The position numbers and the translations under genes were made by a program. Shown piece by piece: positions 1-8,322 of a DNA stretch of 64,000 bases. Numbering within the stretch: the stretch's first letter is position 1; each line of letters starts with the position of its first letter. This DNA is from Candidatus Aenigmatarchaeota archaeon (lineage in GTDB: Archaea; Aenigmatarchaeota; Aenigmatarchaeia; GW2011-AR5), in the NCBI GenBank assembly GCA_016187335.1, contig JACPJW010000001.1, positions 832,001 to 896,000 of the forward strand, read 5' to 3'. The notes below the pieces were generated by a model. The model was given only the letters and a program-made list of their open reading frames with translations, made no database searches and was not told where the DNA came from.

Positions 1-1773
1 ATCATAATGGACTGCCGTGTGCGTTATCGTTGCGGGAACTTCCGTTTTCACTTTCCATACAACCTGGAAATCTTTGCCGGCTGTGGCGCTCTCGGGAGCT
101 TCCAGTTCAACTTCCGGTGTTGCCCGCTTTTCCCGGATTTTCTTTACTTCCTCTACAATCTTTGCGCGCCTTTCGGCAATCTTCTGTATTCTTTCCGACA
201 CCTCTCCGCGCTTCCTGCATAAATCCCCGAGCACGCGCGCATGCTGGGATATGTCACGCATTTCCACGGCGATTTTAGCCGCCTTTGTCTGGTTGCCCTC
301 CGCCTTTGCTTTCTGCAGCTCTTCGTGAAGCAACTTTGCCTTGTTCACAAGCGCTTCAACGTCATCCTTTCCGACGCACTTGTCAATCTGGGCAAGCAGT
401 TTGTCAGCTTCGTTGACTTTCTCGACGCTTTCAGCTTCGGTTTCGCTGCTTTGCTCTTCCTCTTCTTTTATTTTTTCAGAAATTTTTTCGTCCATCTTCA
501 GGAGTTTTTTCAGCAGGTGCAGATCTTTCCTCACTGTTGAAAGGGAATGGTGCATGAGCCTGTTGGCGTCCTCAAGCTGCCCTGCGTTTATCTTGTCGCG
601 GACTTCCAGCAAGGTCGTTTTTGCAGCATCAATGTCATGCCTTGTTGTTGATATCAGGACGATTGCATCAGCAGTCTGCGCAGCCGATGAATTAATCTCC
701 TCTAATTCTATCTCCAGGCTGGACAACCTGTCCTCGGTCTTATTCAAAAGATCAAGCATCTTTTCTTTTATTTTATCCCTGTGAGCCTCTCGCCTTGCCT
801 TTTCTTCCTCAAGCTTTTCCTTCCACCTTGCCAGGTGCTCCTGGAAAGTTTTCATGGCGTTTTCGCTGCGTGAGCCGCTCGTCATTTTCACGGTGATGTT
901 GGCAGCGCTCAGCATGTCCGCTATCTCCTGCGCCAGGGCAGGATTCCCCACAACACGGACGTCGGTGATGTTCCTGCCGTTTATTAAATCAATCAGTTCC
1001 CGCGATTTATCGGCATTGCTCGCAATCCTCACGACGCTGTTTTCCGAAGGAACGCCGCCTGTTCCCAGGACATCGCGCCAGTTCGGCGCCGCGATTATCA
1101 CAATTTTCGCTTTTGCTGATTTGTTCAGGACCTCGTTTTCAGTTTCCGTTCTCGCCCTTATTTTAATTTCAAATCCAGCCAGCTGGCTTCTCCTTTCCGG
1201 ATTATCCTCGCCGAAAATTCTTACTTTCTTCACGCCTAGGTCGCCCAGCAGTTCCAGCACCTCAGCGGGCAGCTTTCCCTTTGGAGTAAGCAGGAGAACG
1301 CATTTTTCCTGCGAGGCGTCCGTGACGGCGTCGCTCTGCAGTTCCGTGTCAGCATCGCTGTCCTTCGTGTCGTCGGCGAGCACCGTGCAGTTCGCGCCTT
1401 CCTGCCAGAAATATCTTGCTGCTTCAACGGCCGTTCCCGTTCTTTCGGTGCCCCACAATCTTACCGTTGCATAACCCCATTCCTGTATTTTCTTTTCCGC
1501 TTCCGGCTTTATGACAGCCGGTCCGCCTACAAGGATTACTGTTTTCACGCTAAGGCTGGCATCAGCAAGCTGGGTGCGCAGCTCTTCGGTTGCTTCGCCG
1601 TTTACAGCGACAAGAACAGGCACGCCGGATTTTTCCGCGGCGGTTTTGGCGATGAGAAAGTCAGCTGAAGTAATGTCAGAAACAACTATTGCTTTGTCAA
1701 TGTTTTGCGCGAACGCAACGGCAGAGAAAAGCATTACAAGCGCAAAAACGCTCAGGACGGACCTTCCATTCAT
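1..1773 (-). CDS. Secreted/surface protein with cell-wall-binding-repeat-2-like N-terminal region, long charged coiled coil and start of an Ig-like domain; runs off the window
   Basis: Hand translation from ATG 1773 (absent from ORF track): MNGRSVLSVFALVMLFSAVAFA signal peptide; VILVGGPAVI and TVRLWGTERTGTAVEAA resemble CWB2 motifs; open to position 1. Confidence 0.75.
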   Translation of the reverse strand, partial: MNGRSVLSVFALVMLFSAVAFAQNIDKAIVVSDITSADFLIAKTAAEKSGVPVLVAVNGEATEELRTQLADASLSVKTVILVGGPAVIKPEAEKKIQEWGYATVRLWGTERTGTAVEAARYFWQEGANCTVLADDTKDSDADTELQSDAVTDASQEKCVLLLTPKGKLPAEVLELLGDLGVKKVRIFGEDNPERRSQLAGFEIKIRARTETENEVLNKSAKAKIVIIAAPNWRDVLGTGGVPSENSVVRIASNADKSRELIDLINGRNITDVRVVGNPALAQEIADMLSAANITVKMTSGSRSENAMKTFQEHLARWKEKLEEEKARREAHRDKIKEKMLDLLNKTEDRLSSLEIELEEINSSAAQTADAIVLISTTRHDIDAAKTTLLEVRDKINAGQLEDANRLMHHSLSTVRKDLHLLKKLLKMDEKISEKIKEEEEQSSETEAESVEKVNEADKLLAQIDKCVGKDDVEALVNKAKLLHEELQKAKAEGNQTKAAKIAVEMRDISQHARVLGDLCRKRGEVSERIQKIAERRAKIVEEVKKIREKRATPEVELEAPESATAGKDFQVVWKVKTEVPATITHTAVHYD

Positions 1774-1824
1774 GTTAACACTTATTGCGGTGATAGAAAT
1801 AAAAGCATGTTTGCGCACACAGGC

Positions 1825-2727
1825 TCATTTTCTTTTGTTCTTCATATAATCTTGAACAGCCTTCCTGGTCGTTACCCAGTTCCTGCCAAGCTTGACGGCA
1901 TCTATCCTGCCTTTCCTAGCCAGAAGACTAAGGTAATCCTGGCTGTATGGCGTATCTTTCGCGGCTTCTGTTAGAGAGATGTATTCCATACCCTTCCTGA
2001 ATGTGGATAAATATATGTCAAGGCTCCTGTTCACGCAATAGCCTATGAAGTTTACAAACGGCTTTACATCGCCCAGGTCAGCCTTTTTCAGGCAATCGTA
2101 GTATTTTTTCCTGTCAACCTTGAGGACTATCGTTATCGGGTATCTGTGCTTCATCAATACCAGATTCATGATAAGCCTTGCCACGCGGCCGTTTCCGTCT
2201 ACGAAAGGATGTATAGCAACGAATTTGTAATGAAGCACTGCTGCAAATTCTATATGATTCAGCTTTTCCGGGTTCGCCTGTGCGTATTCTATAAATTCTT
2301 TCATCAGTCTTGGAACTTTATCTGCCTGCGGCGGCGATTTAACGGCGCCCAGTATGCGGACGTTGATATCCCTGTAGCGGCCTCCTCTGTCATCTATTTT
2401 CTCCAGTACAACTCCGTTCAATTTTTTCACCAAATCCTCGGTTATAGACCCCTTTAGCATGTCTTCGATGAAGTCTATGGCTTCCTTGTGATTGATTGCC
2501 TCGAAATGCTCCTTCAGGCTTTTGCCCTTTATCGTTATGCCATGCTCCAGAACCAGCTTTGTTTCTTTCAGCGTCAGCGAATTGCCTTCTATGGCATTGC
2601 TGTTATAAGTGAGTTCTATTTCGAACTGCTTTCTTAGTTCTTCGAGAACTTCCTTGGGTAAAGGCCTGTGTTTATCTAAATCTTTTTTCTTTGATTCTAT
2701 TCTCTGGAGCAGCTTCTTGTCCATCAT
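1825..2727 (-). CDS. Fic family protein with C-terminal HTH
   Basis: Catalytic HPFVDGNGRVAR; N-terminal SNAIEGN inhibitory-type motif; C-terminal ISLTEAAKDTPYSQDYLSLLARKGRIDA HTH. Confidence 0.95.
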   Translation of the reverse strand: MMDKKLLQRIESKKKDLDKHRPLPKEVLEELRKQFEIELTYNSNAIEGNSLTLKETKLVLEHGITIKGKSLKEHFEAINHKEAIDFIEDMLKGSITEDLVKKLNGVVLEKIDDRGGRYRDINVRILGAVKSPPQADKVPRLMKEFIEYAQANPEKLNHIEFAAVLHYKFVAIHPFVDGNGRVARLIMNLVLMKHRYPITIVLKVDRKKYYDCLKKADLGDVKPFVNFIGYCVNRSLDIYLSTFRKGMEYISLTEAAKDTPYSQDYLSLLARKGRIDAVKLGRNWVTTRKAVQDYMKNKRK

Positions 2728-2759
2728 AGCTAACTATAATGCATAGAAGAATTTAAATG

Positions 2760-2826
2760 TATCGGATAGCTCTATTTTTGATATGTCCGATACTATCGGA
2801 TATAGTATTTTTCAACATATCCGATA
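2760..2826. promoter_or_regulatory. Four TATCGGATA-type repeats upstream of fic, putative operator
   Basis: TATCGGATA 2760-2768 and 2794-2802, inverted copies 2784-2792 (1 mismatch) and 2818-2826; TCCGATA-C-TATCGGA perfect inverted repeat. Confidence 0.5.
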
Positions 2827-2845
2827 ATTGTGCATTACAATATTT

Positions 2846-3301
2846 TCAGCACCCCGCCTTCTTCGCCCAGTCAGCGGAGCCGAACTCGCTCTCGTCGCAG
2901 AATATCTTGTACAGCACGCCGTATTTGCCTTCAAGAATGGCGTCGTTTACGTTCGTGCCGTTGCAATAAACAACGGCAAGCATCCTGCCGTAGTCGTCGT
3001 AGTATTGAAGGTCATCCTGGTCGATAATTGCATTTTTATTGAGGCATAATGATTTTGTAAATTCTGTGGCTTCCTCATAGCCTTTTTCATTTTTCTCCGG
3101 CGTGTCCACCAAAACTAAGCGGATGCGCGTTTCCCCGGCGGCAATCGTGTCGCCGTCTATGACTCTTGTAACCTGCTCAGAAAAGCACTGCGCCCTGCCC
3201 GTGCATTCAGCGAAAGCCGGCCTGGGCTTCAGGAAGAACACGGCAAGAAAAGCTATGGCGGTGATTATCAGGGCAAGAGCAAGGGCGTGTGTGCGGTTCA
3301 T
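2846..3301 (-). CDS. Thermonuclease (SNase) family protein, signal-anchored
   Basis: RVIDGDTI, IRLVLVDTPE, DDYGRMLAVV motifs; hydrophobic N-terminus. Confidence 0.92.
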   Translation of the reverse strand: MNRTHALALALIITAIAFLAVFFLKPRPAFAECTGRAQCFSEQVTRVIDGDTIAAGETRIRLVLVDTPEKNEKGYEEATEFTKSLCLNKNAIIDQDDLQYYDDYGRMLAVVYCNGTNVNDAILEGKYGVLYKIFCDESEFGSADWAKKAGC

Positions 3302-3343
3302 GAAATTATTTTATCAAGAAACAAATTAATATTCACCAATTTT

Positions 3344-4330
3344 TCATTGTCGTTCTAAGAAAAATCTTTCTACAGTCTTCATATATTGGAGAAATCTCTC
3401 GATGTCGCCTGCGCTCATTGATACTCGAGGAAATTTTTCACCATCCATTATTAATTTAAATGTGTCCCATAAAGGAGAATCCTCCCAAAGATATTTGGGT
3501 GGAAATCCTTTTTGATGTGCTTGAAGACTAACATTCCAGAGTCCTCCTAAAGCCGCTCTCAGATAAACTTCTCTCAAAAATTCATCGTCTGTTACCTCTA
3601 TTGTAATTCTCACTCTTTTTAAGAAATCAGCCTGATTTTCAAGACCACCCCTGTACACAAATGGTCTTGAAACCTTGCCACCAGCTTCCACAAAAACATC
3701 CCAATCTCTGGAAACGTAGAAATCCAGTACATCGCTCTCCCTAAGCATTTCAGTAGTAAATAAATAGGACATTAAATCTAGTGTAGGCATGTATTTTCCG
3801 TCTTTGAAAGCCCTTTCTTCGTATACGGTACGTCTAAACCAATCAGGATTTAACCATCCTCTTTCAAGTAAAAGCCCCCTGTTTCTTTCTACTCCACTTA
3901 TTTTGTCTCTATGCAATGCGCAAGTATCCCTTTGTTCCTCTCTTACAACACTACCCTTGTAAACAGTTCCTACTGTAAATCGCGGTCTGTGGTTGAATGT
4001 TCCGAAAACATAAGTGTTTCCATGACTGCCGGATGCCGACGACCTTCTTACAGCATCTAAAAATAATCGGTACGCTTCTCCGTGGTTTGGAATCCCTGAT
4101 ATCGAATTAAAAACATCGCCTTCATGCAGCGTTTCGTCGTATCTGCCACCCAAGCCTATGATGTGGTTACCAGCTACTTTAACTTTGCATACTTGATGAG
4201 TTTCGATACCAGTTACATAACGACTAGGAGATATTTCAACACTTACTGGTGTAGCAGCCATTCTATCGCTAAGCATAAGTGTCAAGTCTTTTTCCCTGCA
4301 ATATGCAACCGAGCCGAATATTTGTGTCAT
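3344..4330 (-). CDS. Hypothetical protein, possible Ntn-hydrolase-like N-terminus
   Basis: 328-aa ORF, AT-richer; begins MTQIFGSV..LSDRMA..KVKVAGNHIIGLGG. Confidence 0.6.
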   Translation of the reverse strand: MTQIFGSVAYCREKDLTLMLSDRMAATPVSVEISPSRYVTGIETHQVCKVKVAGNHIIGLGGRYDETLHEGDVFNSISGIPNHGEAYRLFLDAVRRSSASGSHGNTYVFGTFNHRPRFTVGTVYKGSVVREEQRDTCALHRDKISGVERNRGLLLERGWLNPDWFRRTVYEERAFKDGKYMPTLDLMSYLFTTEMLRESDVLDFYVSRDWDVFVEAGGKVSRPFVYRGGLENQADFLKRVRITIEVTDDEFLREVYLRAALGGLWNVSLQAHQKGFPPKYLWEDSPLWDTFKLIMDGEKFPRVSMSAGDIERFLQYMKTVERFFLERQ

Positions 4331-4419
4331 TTTATTGCCTTATAATTATTAACTACTTTAAAATAATGACATATTTTAACTTTATAAGCTTATTTTAGAA
4401 ACAAATTTCCGCTTTAGTT

Positions 4420-5154
4420 TTACTTCTCCACGACCATGTGCCTCGCGGCGTCGCCGACGTTGCGGACCTCGACGACACTGATGCCCGCAATCCCGGTGAT
4501 GTTAGCGCTCTGCTGCTTGTACGTGACCTCGCAGTAATTGATGAAGCCCACGTTCCTGCATTCCCTCTGCCGCTTCAATTCCGTTGAGGTTGCCTGCCCT
4601 TTCGGGACAAGGAACATCGTAGCTCCGGCATCTTTTGCGGCCCTTGCTTTTTCAACTATGGCACCGACCCTGCCTATGCTTCCGTCCGGCTCTATTGTCC
4701 CCGTCATGAAGACGCTGCTGTTCAGCGTCTTGCTCTGCAAGGCAGCGATAACGGAAACAGCCATTGCCGCGCCTGCGGATGTCCCTTCAACTGCCGTGGC
4801 ATTGACCTCTATTGCATAGTTTATGTCTAAATTGCTGGTATCAATGCCGGTGTAGTTCCTTGCGACGTCCGCGGCGATTTTTGCCGACTGCTGGGTATCC
4901 AGGTAGGAAAGAACATTGCTCACGTCCACGGAAACGCCGCCCTTGCCGGGCTTCACCGTTGTCTTCAGTATCCCCACAACGCCGTTGCCTTTTGTATCTA
5001 CAGCCGGCAGGTATGTAACAACCTCCCTTTCGCCGTTCACAAAGCGGGCAAGGACTTTCGTTTCCGGCTTCTGCAGCGAGGATACGTAGATCCCCCCGAG
5101 GAATCCCGCCATCAGCGTGAACAGGATTATGAATGCAATGTCGCTTTTCTTCAT
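4420..5154 (-). CDS. Membrane-anchored Lon-type (S16) serine protease domain protein
   Basis: EGTSAGAAM (Ser), MTGTIEPDGSIGRVGAIVEKARAA (Lys); N-terminal TM; no ATPase domain; start placed at ATG 5154. Confidence 0.85.
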   Translation of the reverse strand: MKKSDIAFIILFTLMAGFLGGIYVSSLQKPETKVLARFVNGEREVVTYLPAVDTKGNGVVGILKTTVKPGKGGVSVDVSNVLSYLDTQQSAKIAADVARNYTGIDTSNLDINYAIEVNATAVEGTSAGAAMAVSVIAALQSKTLNSSVFMTGTIEPDGSIGRVGAIVEKARAAKDAGATMFLVPKGQATSTELKRQRECRNVGFINYCEVTYKQQSANITGIAGISVVEVRNVGDAARHMVVEK

Positions 5155-5221
5155 GGAAATCACTTCAGAGTGGAAAGGAATTGTTCTGTTCTTGAATGGC
5201 AATTCGCTTCCGTTTTGATTT

Positions 5222-5237
5222 TTTTGATGAAACTTTT
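5222..5237 (-). repeat. Partial copy (right arm) of GAAACT..AGTTTCATCAAAA element
   Basis: Minus strand reads AAAAGTTTCATCAAAA; left arm not intact. Confidence 0.5.
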
Positions 5238-5315
5238 TTCAGGGAAGAAACGCCTATTTTTCTATGCGGTAGCATCATTAATACAAGCGTTTCTGACATA
5301 TGCCATAAAAAGTTT

Positions 5316-5837
5316 CTAGCAGATTTTCTGGCCCTTCTCTTCCAGAATGCTGCCTTTTATGTACAAGGGAATTCCGTAGCGGCCCGCAAGCGCTATTGAA
5401 TCACTGGGCCTTGCGTCCAGCGCCAGCACGGAATTGCCGCGCCGGAAATAGATGGTTGCCTTGTAGATTTCCTCCTCAAACCTGTCTATGTTTATGCGCA
5501 AAACATGCACGTCGTAGTTGTCCAGAGCCTCCCTGAAAATGTCATGTGTGAGGGGCCTTTGCGAGGACGTGTTTGCCAGGCCGGTTGCTATTGAATAGGC
5601 CTGGTCCGGCGTCACTTCAAACTGTATCAGCCTGCATCCGTTCTTCAGGGATACGGTGTTGCCCTGTATGCTTGTTTCGGCTTCAATGAATCCCGGGCTT
5701 GCTGTGATGGCGCTTATGCTTGCCTGGTCGATTGCCTCCTCTACCGGGGCTATTCTGTACCTGGAGCCTATGCCGATGCCTATGAAAAAGGCCGCAGCAA
5801 CAAGGATTACCACCAGGACAAAGGAAAACCGCGTCAT
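5316..5837 (-). CDS. Bifunctional nuclease (DUF151) family protein with N-terminal TM
   Basis: RPLTHDIF, YKATIYF, LDARPSDSIALA motifs. Confidence 0.88.
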   Translation of the reverse strand: MTRFSFVLVVILVAAAFFIGIGIGSRYRIAPVEEAIDQASISAITASPGFIEAETSIQGNTVSLKNGCRLIQFEVTPDQAYSIATGLANTSSQRPLTHDIFREALDNYDVHVLRINIDRFEEEIYKATIYFRRGNSVLALDARPSDSIALAGRYGIPLYIKGSILEEKGQKIC

Positions 5838-5975
5838 AACCAGTAATAAAAGGCGGGGAATAAATTTAAGAGGTTAAAATGTCCCGATTAGCCAACTAAA
5901 TTGAATAAAAACGGGTTCTTCAACCAAAAACCGCGGCTTAACTAACCAAGAAAAAGGTTCCCGACTGCATTGAGC

Positions 5976-6086
5976 CTACGCGTATAAAAACGTCCTTTCG
6001 TCTTCAATCACCACGCCGCAGACCCTGCAGTAGGTCCATTCCCCGTCTTCTGCAAATTTGTCAGAGCCGCATTCCCTGCATTCCAT
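5976..6086 (-). CDS. 36-aa TFIIB-type zinc-ribbon microprotein
   Basis: MECRECGSDKFAEDGEWTYCRVCGVVIEDERTFLYA; GGTG upstream; not in ORF track. Confidence 0.7.
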   Translation of the reverse strand: MECRECGSDKFAEDGEWTYCRVCGVVIEDERTFLYA

Positions 6087-6206
6087 GAAAGACACCTTTT
6101 GTGATTAAACTGAAACCATGAAGGAATCGCAACAGTTGAACTAATGAAAACTTTGCTGAATCCCCACAATCCCACGTGCAACCTTTTCACCATTCTTCTT
6201 TGACGG

Positions 6207-6338
6207 CTAAAATTCCACATATGCTATCAGCGAGCACGACAGGCATACGAACTCGCTTTCATCCACGTATATGCGCGTTGAAGAGCATCGCGGGCACTGG
6301 TTTGCAAACAGCAGTTCCCTTGACGTTATTTTGTACAT
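6207..6338 (-). CDS. 43-aa zinc-ribbon microprotein
   Basis: MYKITSRELLFANQCPRCSSTRIYVDESEFVCLSCSLIAYVEF; GGTGA RBS; not in ORF track. Confidence 0.65.
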   Translation of the reverse strand: MYKITSRELLFANQCPRCSSTRIYVDESEFVCLSCSLIAYVEF

Positions 6339-6618
6339 TTTTTCACCAGCCGAACCTTGTATTGTTTCCGTAATTTCTCCGTGTTCTCTGTAGTTTAATA
6401 CTAATTTTCGCTATATATACTCTTGTCTGTTACTGAAGTATGTAACAGAAAGTGTTGCCGTATACATGAAAAAATCCGCCAGAATCAGGCTTGAATTTCC
6501 ATAATTCCAGAATATTTTTCCTTTATAACAAATTTCTGTAACCAGCGTGGGAAACAAATGGGAACAAACAGTTTAAGAACCTTTCGCAACAAGAATTTTC
6601 AGGGTTCCTGGGTATTGG

Positions 6619-6651
6619 GCAACTTTTTAGAAAAAAGTTGCATCAAAAGAG
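6619..6651 (+). repeat. REP-like hairpin, variant copy
   Basis: GCAACTTTTT-AG-AAAAAAGTTGC-ATCAAAAGAG; compensatory change versus GAAACT/AGTTTC copies. Confidence 0.7.
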
Positions 6652-6660
6652 GGGTCTGAT

Positions 6661-7962
6661 GTGGACATTTCTTCTAAACTGAAGGATTTCGGGCTGACGG
6701 ACTACGAATCCAGGGTGTATACGGCCCTGCTCGGGCTGAAGCAGGCGAAGGTTTCAGATATAGCAAAAAATTGCAGCGTGCCGAGAAACAAGATATATTC
6801 CGTGGCGGAAAGCCTGCACAAGAAGGGCTTCGTTGAAATCGTTCCGGAAAAGGTGGCAAAATTCCGCGCAGTGCCTTTTGAAGAGGCGACGCAGGCATTC
6901 ATCAAAGAGCAGGAAGGCAGGCTGAAAAATCTGGAAGAAAACGCGAAAAAAATTTCCGCATTCCTGTCCTCGTTCGCGCCGGAAAAGAAGGAAGAAGACA
7001 GCAGCGGCGAGTTCCTGGTTTACAAGACCAAGAAGATGATTTACAAGAAGCTGAATGACATCATTCTGCAGGCCCAGTCAAGGATTTTCATCGCGGCCTC
7101 GTGGGAGGATGTCAACCGCGTCATGCCCGCGCTCAAGGCGGTTTCAAAAAAAGTGGACGTTAAAATCCTGTGCAATCTTACCGGGGACAACCTGGAAATG
7201 TGCATGAAAAGCTGCTGTCCCATTTCAGAGACACGCCACTATGAGAAGAACCTGCCTGAAAAGATAGTGGTTGTCGATGACAAGGAGGCACTGGTTTTCC
7301 AGGCTAACTCTCCTGTAGCTTTGTACAGCAAGGACCCCCAGTTCGTCGCATTCATGAAAAGATTCATGAACATGATCCTGGAAGACTCGGTAAGCGTAGA
7401 AGAAAGGGTAGCGGAAATAGAGACAGGAGTGCCGCGCGAAGAGGTAAAAATATTCCGCGGCGTTGAAAATATTTATGACGTCGCAAGAAAAGCCTCGTCT
7501 TCTGCAAAGAATCATATAATGAGGATAGCGACCGAAGGGACTTTCAACGACACCATGAAGCACGGCATTGTTGAGCTTGAGAAAAGACTGTCGGCGAAAG
7601 GCGTGAAAATAAGGTATATACTTCCGATAACCGAAGGCAGCCTCATGATGGTGAAGGAAGCCATGAAATTCGCCGAAGTGCGCCACATGGACTTCATTCC
7701 GATGCAGCTCAAGATCGTGGACGACGCCTACTGTTCGATGAGGCAGTGGGAAAGCATCGAGAAAGAGCCGGTGAACATAGTTTCAACATCCCCCGACTTT
7801 ATCGTGACCATGAAGCACTATTTCGAAAAGGTATGGTCCGACAGCATTCCTGCGGAAAAGCGCATCGCTGGCCTGCTCCTGAAGCAGCATGTGAAGAAAG
7901 AAACCGTAAAGAGCGGCATTTTCCCGGGCATGACGCCGGAAAAGCCCGATGTGAAGGAATAA
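6661..7962 (+). CDS. TrmB family transcriptional regulator with two effector-binding domains
   Basis: LKDFGLTDYESRVYTALL..VPRNKIYSV HTH followed by two similar domains (KIVVVDDKE / LKIVDDAY). Confidence 0.9.
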   Translation: MDISSKLKDFGLTDYESRVYTALLGLKQAKVSDIAKNCSVPRNKIYSVAESLHKKGFVEIVPEKVAKFRAVPFEEATQAFIKEQEGRLKNLEENAKKISAFLSSFAPEKKEEDSSGEFLVYKTKKMIYKKLNDIILQAQSRIFIAASWEDVNRVMPALKAVSKKVDVKILCNLTGDNLEMCMKSCCPISETRHYEKNLPEKIVVVDDKEALVFQANSPVALYSKDPQFVAFMKRFMNMILEDSVSVEERVAEIETGVPREEVKIFRGVENIYDVARKASSSAKNHIMRIATEGTFNDTMKHGIVELEKRLSAKGVKIRYILPITEGSLMMVKEAMKFAEVRHMDFIPMQLKIVDDAYCSMRQWESIEKEPVNIVSTSPDFIVTMKHYFEKVWSDSIPAEKRIAGLLLKQHVKKETVKSGIFPGMTPEKPDVKE

Positions 7963-7984
7963 ATCCGCAATGTTTCTTTATCTA

Positions 7985-8095
7985 AGATGAACATTGAAAA
8001 CTTCTGACTTTAGTCAGAAGATGAAACTCAATGTTCATCTGGATCCCATCTTCTCACAAACCACCGACTTTAGTCGGTGGTATACAAAGAAGATG
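7985..8095. mobile_element. Pair of nested hairpins with GACT-TT-AGTC apex, IS200/IS605 end-like remnant
   Basis: 13-bp stem 7985-7997/8028-8040 around CTTCTGACT-TT-AGTCAGAAG; ACCACCGACT-TT-AGTCGGTGGT 8060-8081 inside an 8-bp outer stem; no transposase. Confidence 0.5.
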
Positions 8096-8322
8096 TGATA
8101 CATATGCGTGAAAGACGAGGTAAATACAGAAAACTTCGTGCCCCGGAACAGATGGAACTTTTCCTGGAATTTCCGGAAAGACCGCTCTGGGAAGAAGAAT
8201 GAAATCTGCAGGAAAGCCCGGAAGACGCCTTCAAAACTTTCAGAAAGTTATCAGAAACGCAGGACGGATTCGGGCTTGGCGCACATTAAAAACTTTCTTT
8301 CATTAATTCTATTGGTCATTCT

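Noticed and set aside
17-1849. Several plus-strand ORFs (e.g. 341-784, 854-1474)
   Set aside because: Antisense shadows of the long minus-strand surface protein gene
6008-6220. 70-aa ORF in the track
   Set aside because: Overlaps the two better-supported zinc-ribbon ORFs in other frames; no motif
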